A stretch of DNA of 40,234 nt from a virus (Duplodnaviria; Caudoviricetes): positions 1 to 40,234 of the IMG/VR virus record IMGVR_UViG_3300032257_000040; one strand, 5' to 3'. Under the pieces are notes generated by a model that was not told the DNA's origin, ran no database searches, and was given only the letters and a program-made list of their open reading frames with translations. The translations under genes and the position numbers were made by a program. Positions 17,683 to 28,236 of the stretch are shown piece by piece (the stretch's first letter is position 1; every line of letters begins with the position of its first letter).

Positions 17683-19488
17683 ATGGCAGCAATTCCAACA
17701 TTTAACGCAGAAGCGCCGGCAGCACGAAGAGCGCCAGTAATGGAGCAATCGAGCGGCGTAAGGATCAACCCGAATCAAGCTCTACAGTCAATCAATGGGA
17801 TCGCTCAAATGATCGCCGGGATGCCTACCCAGATGCCGACGATAAACCCGGAACAGGGTCAGGCGGAATTCCAGGGGATGCAGAATCTCGGTCAGGGAAT
17901 GGAAATCCTGGGCGGCATTTTCGGGAAGATCAAGGAAGAGCGGCAAAAGGCGCAAGGGATCATTGACGAAGGTGACGCGCAATTAGCGTCTGATGAGACT
18001 TGGTCAAAGTTTAAGGCATGGACAATCGAGCATCCTGACCCGCAACTATGGGAAAGCGAGTGGGCGAATCTGGCGGCTGAATCTAAGAATAAATTCATGG
18101 AGGGGCGCGAGTTCTCCAGCGAATCGAAAGAGAATATTGAGCGCAGAATGGCGGCTTTCAATCAGCGAAAGTCGATGAATGTTTTGGTCGATGCAACGAA
18201 GGCGACTACGGCGAAGGCGCGTGACGCTGGATTTATGGATATCCACCGATCCATTCAATCAGAATCTCCCGAAGGTTTAGAGGCAGGGGTAAATCGGATG
18301 CATGAAAACAATCTGGTTGGAGATCTAAAAGCGGCGGAAATACTAGAAGGGGGTCTAAACGAAATAACTACTCGGAAGAATCAGCGTTTAAGCGGAGAGG
18401 TAAAAGACCTTGTTAATCAGGGCGATTTTGACGGCGCAAGGGAAAGAATCGGAATGATGATCCTTCCCGAAGCTGAGAAACGTAATCAGCTTTTCGAGCT
18501 AAAGAACGGCGAGGAATACAGCGCTAGAAAAGCGATGGCTCGTGAGTTAATGTCTGACGATCCCGAGAGGTATTTAAAACATCGGGCCGAGTTTGGACTA
18601 AAACCAAGCGATGACCGGGATTTTGCCAGAGACGCAAGAAGTATTATAAACGAAGAGCAAACAGCAACGCTTGAATCAATGGTGGATGCGGAGTTGTCTG
18701 GCGCGGAGGGAATCGAGAACACAGAATCTTTTGAATCCCTCTCACCTACTCGGCAGAAGAAATTTAAAGATTTCAGAATCGACGGGGCATTGAATCGCAC
18801 GAAAGATTTCCTAGATTCTCGAAATTCAATCCTGACCTATGACGCGGCAAACGATAGCGAGGGAACCGTTGCCAGTGATATTCGCGAAAACATCATTTTG
18901 CAACACGACGGAGCGCGACAAAAAGAACTGCTCGATTTATTCGACCAGCGGACCGACCCGAACGCGGAACCGCAAACACTCACGCAAAGAACTATCACAG
19001 ATATGTTTCAAGCCTGGGGTGAGAAGCATAAAAACGGAGAGCTAGGAAACTACAGGCTCACCGGGAAGCAGATCAAAGAATACGAGAATGAAGACGGCAC
19101 GAAATTCTTTGGTACTCCGGATCCAGAAGGAACGATCAAACCTAAAGCTGGATTTCTCCAGCTACAGGAAACCGTTCGCGAGATCAAACTAAGTGAATCT
19201 GAACGGTTGGCATGGGAAGAGGCTGGAGACAAGGGAAGGGATGATTTTTACGTTGATCTGATCGCGGAAGAAGAATCACGATTGAAGGATTTAAAAGGAC
19301 AGCTTGAACTTGAAAAGCTAATTAAAGACGGCGCGATCAAAACACCCGAAGAAGCACAGCAAGCATTTCGCAGGATCATGTCAGGATCTATCAATAAAAA
19401 CCTTGATCGGCGCAGAAATGAAGCGATACAAAAGAAATCACCTGCTGTTAAATCTGTCGAAGAATTTTTAAATGGAACTGGACGTTAA
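17683..19488 (+). CDS. internal virion (ejection) protein, gp15-like position
   Basis: 601 aa helical protein starting MAAIPT; synteny. Confidence 0.7.
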   Translation: MAAIPTFNAEAPAARRAPVMEQSSGVRINPNQALQSINGIAQMIAGMPTQMPTINPEQGQAEFQGMQNLGQGMEILGGIFGKIKEERQKAQGIIDEGDAQLASDETWSKFKAWTIEHPDPQLWESEWANLAAESKNKFMEGREFSSESKENIERRMAAFNQRKSMNVLVDATKATTAKARDAGFMDIHRSIQSESPEGLEAGVNRMHENNLVGDLKAAEILEGGLNEITTRKNQRLSGEVKDLVNQGDFDGARERIGMMILPEAEKRNQLFELKNGEEYSARKAMARELMSDDPERYLKHRAEFGLKPSDDRDFARDARSIINEEQTATLESMVDAELSGAEGIENTESFESLSPTRQKKFKDFRIDGALNRTKDFLDSRNSILTYDAANDSEGTVASDIRENIILQHDGARQKELLDLFDQRTDPNAEPQTLTQRTITDMFQAWGEKHKNGELGNYRLTGKQIKEYENEDGTKFFGTPDPEGTIKPKAGFLQLQETVREIKLSESERLAWEEAGDKGRDDFYVDLIAEEESRLKDLKGQLELEKLIKDGAIKTPEEAQQAFRRIMSGSINKNLDRRRNEAIQKKSPAVKSVEEFLNGTGR

Positions 19489-22400
19489 TTCGCAATCGGA
19501 GGAAGAGACTATTCAAGCTCTCCCTGTTACTAATCCCGAAACTCCAGAACCAGCCGGGCTTGATGCCTTAGAGGGTGCCAATGTTAAGATAGTGGCAGGC
19601 GGAACACAGGAACCGTTGCCACGGATCACCGAAGAGCAGGCTTTTCAGGCTTTGGAATTCGCGAAGAATCCAGACCAACTCGACGAACAGCAAACAGCGA
19701 GACTTCGAAGCGTACTAACCGACTACACGAATCAGCAAAAGGAAGCTGGAGAAACTCTATTCCCCCAATACGAGGCGCAACGAGTAGAGGAAGCGAAGCA
19801 GGTCAAGAAGATTTTCACAGATCCCAAACACGGTTTCGACGATGCGGGGTTTGATGAATTCAACCAGCAATACGTCAACGATGAAGAAGGCAAGGCGGCC
19901 TATCTGAACTCGCAGTTTCTCGGCTCGATCACTGATAAAGATCCGGCAGACATTCGCAGGGCGCAGGGAGTAGAGCGCGATTTGTATTCTGCTGAAACCT
20001 GGGGGAAGACGTTCGAGACAGAGAAAGAATTTTTTGAACGTGCAAAGGCTGACGTTGAGATCGAGGAACAGATAGGCGAATGGACTCAATCGGCATCTCT
20101 CCGGGGCATGAATCTCATGGAGGCTATGAGCGCGATGCCGGAACACTTGCGCGAAAGTGAAGCGTTCCAGGATCGTAAAGGCGATTGGGGCGAATTAATG
20201 GACGAGACGCACCGAAACACGACGGCGCGAATCGACCCATATAGAACACAGATTGACGAGGTTTCCGAGACTCTGAACAGAAAAACCGGAGTGGCGGAAG
20301 GCGAGGCACCGGAATCATTTACAGATTTGGCAGAATTGCTCCTGGGAGTGCCTGACAGCGATTTGAATCTTGTTATCGCGTCAATCATCGATACGGCGAA
20401 AGGCGACGACAACGAAGCGTTTGAGCCTGAACAGCGGGAAACTGGACTGGCCGAAGATCTAGCAAAAGACGCTATGAAATTGGCTTTGCCGCGAGGGAAA
20501 GAAAAAACAACGGCACAGAAACTCGCTGAGAACTTCGGGCGTGGGGCGCGAGATCTGGGAATGGATTCACTGGCTTTCTCTGAGCGGGATTTACTGCAAC
20601 AAATGAGGGCTGAAATTTACGGGGGATTGAAACCCGTGGAAGGGCAGGCCGGGCAAGAATTTATTTCTGAATTGCGCGGAGAAATTTTAGATTCTGGTGC
20701 GGTGATCGGTTCCGGGTTCGCTTCCAGCTTTGGTAAAGAATTCGACGGTTCGCAGCTTGACGATGCACAACGGGAAGCACTAGCCGAAATTGATAAGCGC
20801 GTAAAAATCCTAAACATCAACAAGCGATTACGAGAAATTTCCGACCAAGAGATTGATCCAGCAAAGGGTGAGTACTTGATGACCAACGGAGTTTATTCTG
20901 CGACTCGATCACTCCCGTATATGGCGGCATCGATAACAGGGGCGCCGGGTTTCATGATTACGTCTCTGGCACTGGCAGAGGATTCCTATCAGACGCTCAA
21001 ACGGAATAATCCTGAGATGACTGACAAACAGGCTTTCGAGGTCGCGTCTATCTCGGGACCGATTCAGGGATCGCTTGAAAGAATCTCAGGAAAGCTTCTC
21101 ACCGGGAAGCTTCCTTTCGTCGAGACGTATTTAAACAAAGCGATTGCAACGACGGGCGGCGCGGTGGCACGTGCGACAACTCGCGTCGGGGCAGCAACAG
21201 GGATTGAGATCTCGCAGGAAACCGGGCAAGATTTCACTCCTAACATTATTCAAGGAACTATATCGGCAATGTCTCAGGATATGCCGAATGTTGCATGGTC
21301 CGACCGATACGGCGACGCAATCGACCAGTTTCCAGAATTGTTTTTCGCGACTCTTCCGATTGCTGTTATCGCCGGGGGCGCGGGAACGTATCGCGACGTG
21401 AAAGGGGCGCGGGAATTGCTGGCTGATTATGACTCTCTCCGCTTCCTCGGAATGTCCGAAGCTGACGCCAGTAAGACGCGAGAATTCGCAATGGCCGGGA
21501 AGATGGATGAGGCGCAATCTTTACTTAGAGAATCGATCACGAAGGAAGGTAAAGCGACCCAAGACATAAACAAAACGCGGCGAGAAATTCAGCTAAAGGC
21601 TTTCGACGAAAAACAGATTCGGGAAAATCTCATGGCCGACGCGGAAGAAATCGGATTGCTTCCTGGGATTCGTCGCACATCGGAAGGCTATACTTTGCAT
21701 TATGAGGGTGGATCCGTTAGCGATCCGATGACCTATGAGGAAGCGAGTAAATCGCGATTCCGTTTCGCGAAAGATAACAACATTTCGCTTCACGCATCGA
21801 CTCGGGCAGTAATGCAGCAAGTCGAAAGCCAGATGGAAGAGGGGAGAGAGATCAAGTTTGTTTTCAATCCTTTCAACAAGTCAGTTAGAGAGGCAGAGCA
21901 AGCAGGGGAAGTCTCTACCGAGGCAGCGGGAAATCGTGTTGATATCGCGGAACAGCAAAACAGGCCGGAACCTTCCCCGGAATTTGATAATCGAGGGCGC
22001 GAATTACCGGATCAATCGGACGAATTCAGCGGAAACACTCTGTTTCCAAATACCGGGGAAGATGTGCCAGCGGGCAACACGAACAAGCCCGGCGATTTCA
22101 TCGGGCAACTCGAAGGCGTTGACGGAATCGAGACAGTAACCAGCGGCGATAAGTTTGCAGGAACTCAGGAATTTTTCGGAGTCAACAAAACGGCTGATCC
22201 CAAACTTTGGCCGAAAGTCAAAGCGGCAATCGATAAGGGGGATCTTGAAGGCGCTAAGAAATTAGCCTGGGATGGGCTTAAATCCAAAGCGGCAAGCGAT
22301 GGATTCCGGGGAACGAACACGACAACCGATGAAATCCTAGTAGGGTTGCACCACCACCGGGGAAGTACGGGCGGCTCAGTGGTTTTGAGAGAGTTTACAG

Positions 22401-25400
22401 GGCTGGACAGTTCTGCGACGGTGCCAGAATTGATTAAGGCTTTCGAGGCAAAAGTTTCAAAAGGGAATTTTGCGGCGGATTGGGTGAAGGCTCGCGAGAC
22501 TCAAGAGAACGAATTCCACGGAGCAAGGCCGAAATTCAGGAAAGGGCTTTCGAATCGATGGGGCAAGGAGGCCGAATTTTTGGCCGGGGATGGCGTCAAC
22601 GTTGACCCTGAACTTGTGAGCGAATACAACCGGGGCGTTACCAGCTCCAACATGGCGGCAGCATCGCAGGAAGACAGGCTAGCAAGCCAGATCATTCTCG
22701 GGAGCAACGCGACAGAATATCAAGACGGGATCGCAAAGACCACGATTCGACTTTACCAAAACGCTTCGCCTTTGACAATCGTTGAAGAAAAGGTGGAGGC
22801 TGATATCGACGGCATGATTCGGACAGGGCGCCGGGATTGGATCGTTTCAGCATTGCGGGAATTTGAAGCGGTTTCGGGAACGAGTCTTTTTCTGAATGGC
22901 AAGGCTGACACTGAACTTACGAATACCGATATCAAGGAGGCTTGGTCAGATTTAGCAACGTCCTATTTTGTTGATCGGACCCGCGAGGGAGATTCTAAAA
23001 TATCGAAAAAGTTAGGCGGGTTTTACGAGGTGGCTGATCAGATTATGTCTACTAAATTGGCAGGCGCTTTTACAGCATACGGTGAGTTTTTCCGCTCGGT
23101 ATGGAAACGGGCAGCGACAATCAACAAACTACGGCGCGAAGGAACACTTGACGCGGATCTTGAAAAGGAACTCGCTCGCCAAGTCGGATTCGGGGAACAG
23201 CAAGAGTACAATCAAGGAGTGATCGCAAAGGCGGAGGAATTTATTCAGGAATCCGATTTTAAAGATGTTGAATTCACTCCTACGGATGACGCGCCATTTT
23301 CGACGATTCGCCGGGATGGTGCCTCCCTTAATGAGTTAAGCGAGATTAGGGATAATTTAGCTCAAGAATTCGATCAACCGGATTTGCAGCTCAAGGTAAA
23401 CGAATCCGGAGAAGTAGAAGTCTCACAAGTGGAAGACCAGGCGAAGGCGGAAGAGATTCAAGAAGCAGCGCAATCGTCTATAAATGAATCACCAGTGAAT
23501 TCCTCCGCTCGAAGCGAATCGGGGCGAGTGGTAGAGCAACCGGGCGAAACTTCATTCTCAACGATTGCCAACCCTGAACAGGTAATCGCAGAAATGTTTT
23601 CACCGTTTCAACGTGCGCCGGAAATGCGAATCAAGATGGCAGCAGAAATGCAAAAGCGTTCGGCTGATATCGGCGCAAAATTCGCGGCGGCAATCGCTCG
23701 GAACCGGACGAAGAAAGACGTTGAGACTGAGCGCAAGGACAGGCAAGCGGATCTACTGTCTGACAAGATGGAAAGCCTGACGGATATCGAGGCGCAATTG
23801 ATCGATGATATCGACAGTCTTTCCCCGCTTTTAACTTCGATCAAATCTCAGGGCGGAATCATTCCGAAAAGCAAGGCCGGGAAGAATTCTCTTCCCGAGT
23901 ATGACGGATCGGAAGGCGCACCGCGGAACGTGTTCAATTCAGCCGAAGGACTGGCACCGGATCAGGTCGCACAAGCAAACGGTTACGACGATGTAAATCA
24001 ATTCTGGCAAGCGGTAATCAGGGAGAGCGAATCAGCCAAACGATACGCGGAACAGAAAAAGGAAGTTGACCAGAAAATAAAGGATTTCAAAGCGGAGGCC
24101 AAAGCGGAATCGGAAGCCTGGGCGAAGGAAGCGAACCGGGCCGGGAATGATCGCCAAGTTTTAGTGGCTGCTCTTCAAACGCTCGACGCGATCACCGGGG
24201 CGTTGCCGTTCGAATTACGCGGCAGAGTCAACAAGGGATTCGTGCACCTGGCGCAACTCAAGACGGGCGATGCGATGCTTGACGAGATCGACAAGCGAGT
24301 TAAACAGCTTGATAAGCATATTGAGCGCTACCTAAAAAAGGAGGCTGACGAAGCGATAAAGAAACTTTTCAAACGGATCAAGAAATCGAGGCAGTCAAAA
24401 GCCGGGAAAGTTTCGAAGGGTAAAAACTCACCGGAACTATACGAACTTTTCGACACGCTAAAAGATGCGATGGCATTGTCAGGCATCGAGGGGCAAACAC
24501 GGGCCGATTCTATTCAGGCGCTTTTAGATGACGGCGAGATCGCTGACGATATGGTCGCAGTTAAACAATTGGAAGTTTCCTTACTTCCTCTTTTCTCTGG
24601 TTGGAAAGAAACCGGATCGGCAGAAAGAACGGCAGCGCTTGAAGAGTCAACGCGGATATGGAAGAGCGGGTACGCAGATTGGAAAATCCAGCAAGCAGAA
24701 ATCCGGGAGCGGCGCGAAAACTCACAGGCTGCACTTGTGGCTGGAACCAATAAGAAAGGAACCGGACCAGAAAAAGATCTGGCGCAGATCTTCGATACTA
24801 CATTGCGCGGAAAGGCGAAGGCGGCAGCGCTTAATCTGATCAATTTCGACCAGCTGATAACGAAGACTTTCGGAGACAACGAGACTTCTCGATGGTTCGC
24901 GAACCGGGAACGGGGCGCGGCGAATCAGAAACAGGACGCGGTACAGGAATTTGTTGAAGGGGTTGAAGATCTGTTCACCCGTTTAGGTGGCGGGAATCGG
25001 CTCAAGGGTGAGAAGATCCAGTTCCGTCTTAGCTCGAAAAAATCCATCCTAGCAATTGATTCCCTCGGTGGTGCTAGACAGCTGACCCAAATGGAGGGAC
25101 TGACGGCAATCTTGATGTGGCGACAGGAAGACGGCAAGCGGCACATGAGGGGCAAGAAAGACGAAAACGGAAAGCTGATTTCCAAATGGGGGTATGACCA
25201 GAATTTTATAGATCAAGTTTCTGACCAGTTAGAACCCGAGGCGTGGCAGGTTCTCGACTATCTCACAGAGCAATACGAAGCGGAATATGAAGGGTTGAAC
25301 CCAGTATTCAAACGGTTGAACGGCGTCAACCTTCCAAAGACTTTGTTTTATTCCCCGCTCACAATGCGGCCGCTTCAAGCGAAGGACGATCAAACCGTTG

Positions 25401-26725
25401 ACCCGACAACCGGAACAACGACCGGGAATACTTTCGTACCTGGATCGCTTCGAAGCCGGGGAACAGCGATAGCTGAACCAGAATTCAGAGACGCAATCGC
25501 CACCTATATTTCCCACAAGAAACAAATCGAACACTGGAAAGCGTACGCAGAATTCGGCAGGGAAGCGCAAGCTGTTCTTGGGAATCGTGATGTAGGTAAC
25601 GCGGCGGAGGCGTCTCAAGGTGTCGAGGCTACGACACTTATCAGAAAGTGGCTCGACGCATTCGCGCAAGGTGGAGTTAGAGACGCGCAAGCAGGGACAG
25701 CTTACCAGAACTTTTTCCGTAGAATGATCGGGAACGCTCAATCTATGGCTCTTGTCGGTCGGGCTGGCACTCTGGCGATACAAGCAACGCAACTTGGAGC
25801 GGCAGCGGCGAAGATGCCAACCGGGGCGTATATCAACCGACTCGGCAAACTGGCGGCTGGTCAGCTTAGTTATGGTGAGGCTCTAAATTCCGAATACATC
25901 CAGCGGAGAATGAAAGAACAACCTATCTTGATCCAGCAAGCTATGGAGGGATTGAAAGCCGGATCCCCTACCCTGGTCAAATATGCGGCGCGGCACCTAG
26001 GTTCACTGATCGGCGGAACCGATGCACTCGCCACGGCGGGAACCTATGCCATAGTTTACGACTATCAGAAATCGCAAGCGCTCAAGAACGGCGCGACAGA
26101 ACAGGAAGCGGCAGAGATCGCCACGACAGAGACGGAAAGAATTCTCGATCAGGTCGCGCAACCAACCAGGATGGGATCGAGATCATTCGCGGAAGTCTCG
26201 ACCACGAACCCGCTCGGGAAACTTGCTTGGGCTTTCGGCTCTGAATCAAGGAAGAATCTGGCGCTTATGCTTTCGGCTGAGGGTGGCGTTGAGTTGGGCC
26301 GGGCAGCGCTCTACGTCGTATTGATCAACGGTCTGATGGCGAGCGTAATCAGAACAGCCTGGAGAGATGCGCGGGACGATGACGAAGAAAACGACGAAAA
26401 ACTTTGGAACGTCGAAAGGATGGCGTTGGCGACTTTTACAGATTGGATGTTTGGTTTTCCCGTGATCGGTGAGGAAGTGCAACGCGGGATTTATTCGGCT
26501 TTCGGAGTCTATCAACCCGATGGCGGTTTGGTCGACGGGATCAGTAGATCACCTCAAGCAATCGAGAATCTATTCATCGATAAAGATAGCGAAGATATTT
26601 TAAGGGACGTTGAAACACTTCTCGCCGGGGGTGGCTTATTCTCTCAAAACGCGAGCGCTCTAACAAGCGGGATGCATATTTTGAGAGATGTCACCGGGCT
26701 ATTGAAAAACTTCTTTGGTCAGTGA
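19472..26725 (+). CDS. giant internal virion (DNA ejection) protein with embedded lysozyme-like domain
   Basis: 2417 aa helical protein in gp16 position; segment FIGQLEG..D...TQEFFGVN...KFRKGLSNRW resembles GH108/PG_binding_3. Confidence 0.8.
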   Translation: MELDVNSQSEEETIQALPVTNPETPEPAGLDALEGANVKIVAGGTQEPLPRITEEQAFQALEFAKNPDQLDEQQTARLRSVLTDYTNQQKEAGETLFPQYEAQRVEEAKQVKKIFTDPKHGFDDAGFDEFNQQYVNDEEGKAAYLNSQFLGSITDKDPADIRRAQGVERDLYSAETWGKTFETEKEFFERAKADVEIEEQIGEWTQSASLRGMNLMEAMSAMPEHLRESEAFQDRKGDWGELMDETHRNTTARIDPYRTQIDEVSETLNRKTGVAEGEAPESFTDLAELLLGVPDSDLNLVIASIIDTAKGDDNEAFEPEQRETGLAEDLAKDAMKLALPRGKEKTTAQKLAENFGRGARDLGMDSLAFSERDLLQQMRAEIYGGLKPVEGQAGQEFISELRGEILDSGAVIGSGFASSFGKEFDGSQLDDAQREALAEIDKRVKILNINKRLREISDQEIDPAKGEYLMTNGVYSATRSLPYMAASITGAPGFMITSLALAEDSYQTLKRNNPEMTDKQAFEVASISGPIQGSLERISGKLLTGKLPFVETYLNKAIATTGGAVARATTRVGAATGIEISQETGQDFTPNIIQGTISAMSQDMPNVAWSDRYGDAIDQFPELFFATLPIAVIAGGAGTYRDVKGARELLADYDSLRFLGMSEADASKTREFAMAGKMDEAQSLLRESITKEGKATQDINKTRREIQLKAFDEKQIRENLMADAEEIGLLPGIRRTSEGYTLHYEGGSVSDPMTYEEASKSRFRFAKDNNISLHASTRAVMQQVESQMEEGREIKFVFNPFNKSVREAEQAGEVSTEAAGNRVDIAEQQNRPEPSPEFDNRGRELPDQSDEFSGNTLFPNTGEDVPAGNTNKPGDFIGQLEGVDGIETVTSGDKFAGTQEFFGVNKTADPKLWPKVKAAIDKGDLEGAKKLAWDGLKSKAASDGFRGTNTTTDEILVGLHHHRGSTGGSVVLREFTGLDSSATVPELIKAFEAKVSKGNFAADWVKARETQENEFHGARPKFRKGLSNRWGKEAEFLAGDGVNVDPELVSEYNRGVTSSNMAAASQEDRLASQIILGSNATEYQDGIAKTTIRLYQNASPLTIVEEKVEADIDGMIRTGRRDWIVSALREFEAVSGTSLFLNGKADTELTNTDIKEAWSDLATSYFVDRTREGDSKISKKLGGFYEVADQIMSTKLAGAFTAYGEFFRSVWKRAATINKLRREGTLDADLEKELARQVGFGEQQEYNQGVIAKAEEFIQESDFKDVEFTPTDDAPFSTIRRDGASLNELSEIRDNLAQEFDQPDLQLKVNESGEVEVSQVEDQAKAEEIQEAAQSSINESPVNSSARSESGRVVEQPGETSFSTIANPEQVIAEMFSPFQRAPEMRIKMAAEMQKRSADIGAKFAAAIARNRTKKDVETERKDRQADLLSDKMESLTDIEAQLIDDIDSLSPLLTSIKSQGGIIPKSKAGKNSLPEYDGSEGAPRNVFNSAEGLAPDQVAQANGYDDVNQFWQAVIRESESAKRYAEQKKEVDQKIKDFKAEAKAESEAWAKEANRAGNDRQVLVAALQTLDAITGALPFELRGRVNKGFVHLAQLKTGDAMLDEIDKRVKQLDKHIERYLKKEADEAIKKLFKRIKKSRQSKAGKVSKGKNSPELYELFDTLKDAMALSGIEGQTRADSIQALLDDGEIADDMVAVKQLEVSLLPLFSGWKETGSAERTAALEESTRIWKSGYADWKIQQAEIRERRENSQAALVAGTNKKGTGPEKDLAQIFDTTLRGKAKAAALNLINFDQLITKTFGDNETSRWFANRERGAANQKQDAVQEFVEGVEDLFTRLGGGNRLKGEKIQFRLSSKKSILAIDSLGGARQLTQMEGLTAILMWRQEDGKRHMRGKKDENGKLISKWGYDQNFIDQVSDQLEPEAWQVLDYLTEQYEAEYEGLNPVFKRLNGVNLPKTLFYSPLTMRPLQAKDDQTVDPTTGTTTGNTFVPGSLRSRGTAIAEPEFRDAIATYISHKKQIEHWKAYAEFGREAQAVLGNRDVGNAAEASQGVEATTLIRKWLDAFAQGGVRDAQAGTAYQNFFRRMIGNAQSMALVGRAGTLAIQATQLGAAAAKMPTGAYINRLGKLAAGQLSYGEALNSEYIQRRMKEQPILIQQAMEGLKAGSPTLVKYAARHLGSLIGGTDALATAGTYAIVYDYQKSQALKNGATEQEAAEIATTETERILDQVAQPTRMGSRSFAEVSTTNPLGKLAWAFGSESRKNLALMLSAEGGVELGRAALYVVLINGLMASVIRTAWRDARDDDEENDEKLWNVERMALATFTDWMFGFPVIGEEVQRGIYSAFGVYQPDGGLVDGISRSPQAIENLFIDKDSEDILRDVETLLAGGGLFSQNASALTSGMHILRDVTGLLKNFFGQ

Positions 26726-26741
26726 TACCGCCTTTCCCTTG

Positions 26742-26761
26742 TCCCGTTTACGTTTTATTTT
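26742..26761 (+). promoter_or_regulatory. candidate late promoter motif TCCCGTTTACGTTTTATTTT
   Basis: Third long copy, intergenic, immediately before the holin. Confidence 0.6.
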
Positions 26762-26766
26762 AGGGA

Positions 26767-27012
26767 ATGAAGAAAAACCCATTTCTAAAAGGGAAGCTCA
26801 CAAAGATTTCGGCGGCTTTGCTGGTTCTTGTTCAGTCTCCAAATCTGTTTTCTGACATCTCCAGCACGGCGCAAGTATTCGCGGAGAATGCGGATAAACC
26901 CGTTGCTTATATTTCGATTGTTGCGGCAGCCGGAATCCTTTGGGGTGGTATTCGTCGAGCGCTCAACTACGCAACGCCAAAATTGGTGATTGCTCAACCC
27001 GACGAAAAATAA
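26767..27012 (+). CDS. putative holin
   Basis: 81 aa, two hydrophobic segments, upstream of the endolysin. Confidence 0.65.
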   Translation: MKKNPFLKGKLTKISAALLVLVQSPNLFSDISSTAQVFAENADKPVAYISIVAAAGILWGGIRRALNYATPKLVIAQPDEK

Positions 27013-27048
27013 ATTTCTGTGTTAGTGGTTTCATGCAGTGAATAGGAG

Positions 27049-27084
27049 GGGCGGCTGACTGTGATGGATCAGTCGCCCTTTTTT
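27049..27084 (+). terminator. intrinsic terminator between holin and endolysin
   Basis: GGGCGGCTGA-10 nt loop-TCAGTCGCCC-TTTTTT. Confidence 0.8.
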
Positions 27085-27088
27085 CATT

Positions 27089-27835
27089 ATGAATAAGGAT
27101 CTTTTATACACTCTCCGGTGGAACATTCAAAACCCGGACGAAACGACGAAAGCGGAGAACCTGAAAATTCTCTCGGCTCTTCTCGGTGAGACTCCCCGGG
27201 AAACTGAATACTCGATAGCGAACCCGGCAATCAAAACCGATCCTGTTTCCATCTCCCCTGCCCTATCCGGTCCACGGGCCAAAGTCGCGCTTGTGATCGG
27301 GCACAATCCGAAAAACAAGGGCGCGGATATCAAGGCCGGGATCAACCAGTTTGAGTACGATTTCAACGGTGAGATTGCGTCAATCATGCTAGCGAAGGCG
27401 TGGGAAGGGTTGGAGATGCAAAGATTTTACAGGAAATATTTAGGGAGTTACAGCCGGGAGATATCCGAAGTTTACGGCAGGGTGAACGCATGGAATCCAG
27501 ATTTGATTTTGGAGATGCATTTCAACTCGTATCCTGGCGGCGATTATTCCTTTATGCTGTATCACCACCGGAGCGCGAGAAGCAAGAAGCTCGCCGGGAT
27601 CTTCAACGAGACTTTTTGCGAAAACACAGGATTCAAATCGAATCAAGAGAACGCGGCGATCACTCCAGGCGGGAGAGGATATCAATCACTCGCAAAATCG
27701 AAAGCGCCATGCATTCTGACCGAACCATTTTTCGAGAATTGCCCGGAGCATCAAGAATTGATTTCCGAAATCGGTCACGAGGGCGTGGCTGATATTTATT
27801 TGCACTCTCTCAACGAGACTCTTCGAGAATTATGA
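27089..27835 (+). CDS. endolysin, N-acetylmuramoyl-L-alanine amidase (Amidase_3)
   Basis: Zn ligands VIGH, E, EMHFNS and catalytic ILTEPFF. Confidence 0.92.
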   Translation: MNKDLLYTLRWNIQNPDETTKAENLKILSALLGETPRETEYSIANPAIKTDPVSISPALSGPRAKVALVIGHNPKNKGADIKAGINQFEYDFNGEIASIMLAKAWEGLEMQRFYRKYLGSYSREISEVYGRVNAWNPDLILEMHFNSYPGGDYSFMLYHHRSARSKKLAGIFNETFCENTGFKSNQENAAITPGGRGYQSLAKSKAPCILTEPFFENCPEHQELISEIGHEGVADIYLHSLNETLREL

Positions 27836-28095
27836 CCGACCGAAAAAAATCAATACCCAGGAAGGAAACCAAAACCGATCTGGAAAAGCTCACAGCAACC
27901 TTTGATTCCGTCGGGATCGATTACGCGATCCGAGAATCTGAATCAGGTGACTCGTTTTTGTTCATGGGAGAATGCTTTTATTTTCGGCATACTGACGGCA
28001 CTTTCGACACTTACGAGGATTCATGTCTCGAGGCGCTTTGCGGTCGAAACGATTATTTCGAGTTTGACGAGGCCGGGAAACTGGTGGGATATTGA
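27832..28095 (+). CDS. hypothetical phage protein
   Basis: 87 aa, ATGA overlap with the lysin. Confidence 0.7.
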   Translation: MTDRKKSIPRKETKTDLEKLTATFDSVGIDYAIRESESGDSFLFMGECFYFRHTDGTFDTYEDSCLEALCGRNDYFEFDEAGKLVGY

Positions 28096-28236
28096 AAGGA
28101 TTCTCGGGTTTCTTTGCATGTCGGTTCGAACGTGTAAATAAAATCGTTGTATCTTATCGCATTCATTCCGGGATTGTATCCGATCTGATACCCGGATCGA
28201 TCCCCTACCCTTTTATTTAAGGTTTCCGAAGCGGTG

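Noticed and set aside
2091-27792. Numerous minus-strand and alternate-frame ORFs within structural genes
   Set aside because: They are fully nested in well-supported genes and have no recognisable motifs.
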